Positions 63,652 through 64,000 of a DNA stretch of 64,000 nt are shown here, in pieces. Source of the DNA: Chiloscyllium plagiosum (taxonomy: Eukaryota); contig NC_057744.1 of assembly GCF_004010195.1 (NCBI RefSeq), positions 10,791,733 to 10,855,732 on the forward strand, in the 5' to 3' direction. Every line of letters begins with the position of its first letter. Position 1 is the first letter of the stretch. A model generated the notes under the pieces. The model had not been told where the DNA came from and did not search any database. It worked only from the letters and a program-made list of their open reading frames with translations. The position numbers and the translations under genes were made by a program.

Positions 63652-64000
63652 TCTGACTTTGTCCATTCTAATCGAACACCAGCACCTCGCCATCATGCAT
63701 AGAGAGAGAAGAAGCAAAATTTCAGAGGATAAGTTTCTTCCACACAATTCCTAGTAGCTGGCTGAAATATTGTACAGAAAAGTTCAAGTTTATTTTGCAA
63801 TTGCATCAAATTATTTAATTTAGATATCAGGATAATTGAGGGCACAATATCATGATTTCCATTAGCCGTAAATTGTTCCATGGAAGTTTGTTGGCCAGCT
63901 TTCAGTGGATTCTACTGGAACATTCCTTTCATAAACAACATTCTGGCTTGTAAACTCAACCCACAGATCAAGGGACAAACAAAGTCATATGAAAAGACAG

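Overview
Vertebrate nuclear DNA, very probably from a shark (HE1/V-SINE, DeuSINE, HER1/CR1-type and Penelope-like repeats; dogfish-like alphaB-crystallin). It holds the conserved ALG9(-), FDXACB1(-), CFAP68/C11orf1(+), CRYAB(-) gene block. Present are ALG9 coding exons 1-8 (the rest runs off the left edge), all five FDXACB1 coding exons (627 aa), a divergent three-exon CFAP68 (234 aa, with a Cys/Pro-rich C-terminal extension of about 110 aa) and CRYAB exons 2-3 (exon 1 is off the right edge). All exons were delimited by hand from GT-AG sites and reading-frame continuity. Introns and intergenic DNA are dense in decayed CR1, L2-like and Tx1-like LINEs and tRNA-derived SINEs. The most notable non-genic signal is a set of short Penelope-derived insertions, often flanked by target-site duplications and often palindromic, that carry minimal hammerhead ribozyme motifs. 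Several lie on the sense strand of host introns: a U3-A8 covariant core with a stem I of about 64 bp in ALG9 intron 3, and a tandem 230-bp pair in CRYAB intron 1. Homology calls come from recall of reference proteins and repeat families, not database searches. Repeat boundaries are approximate.
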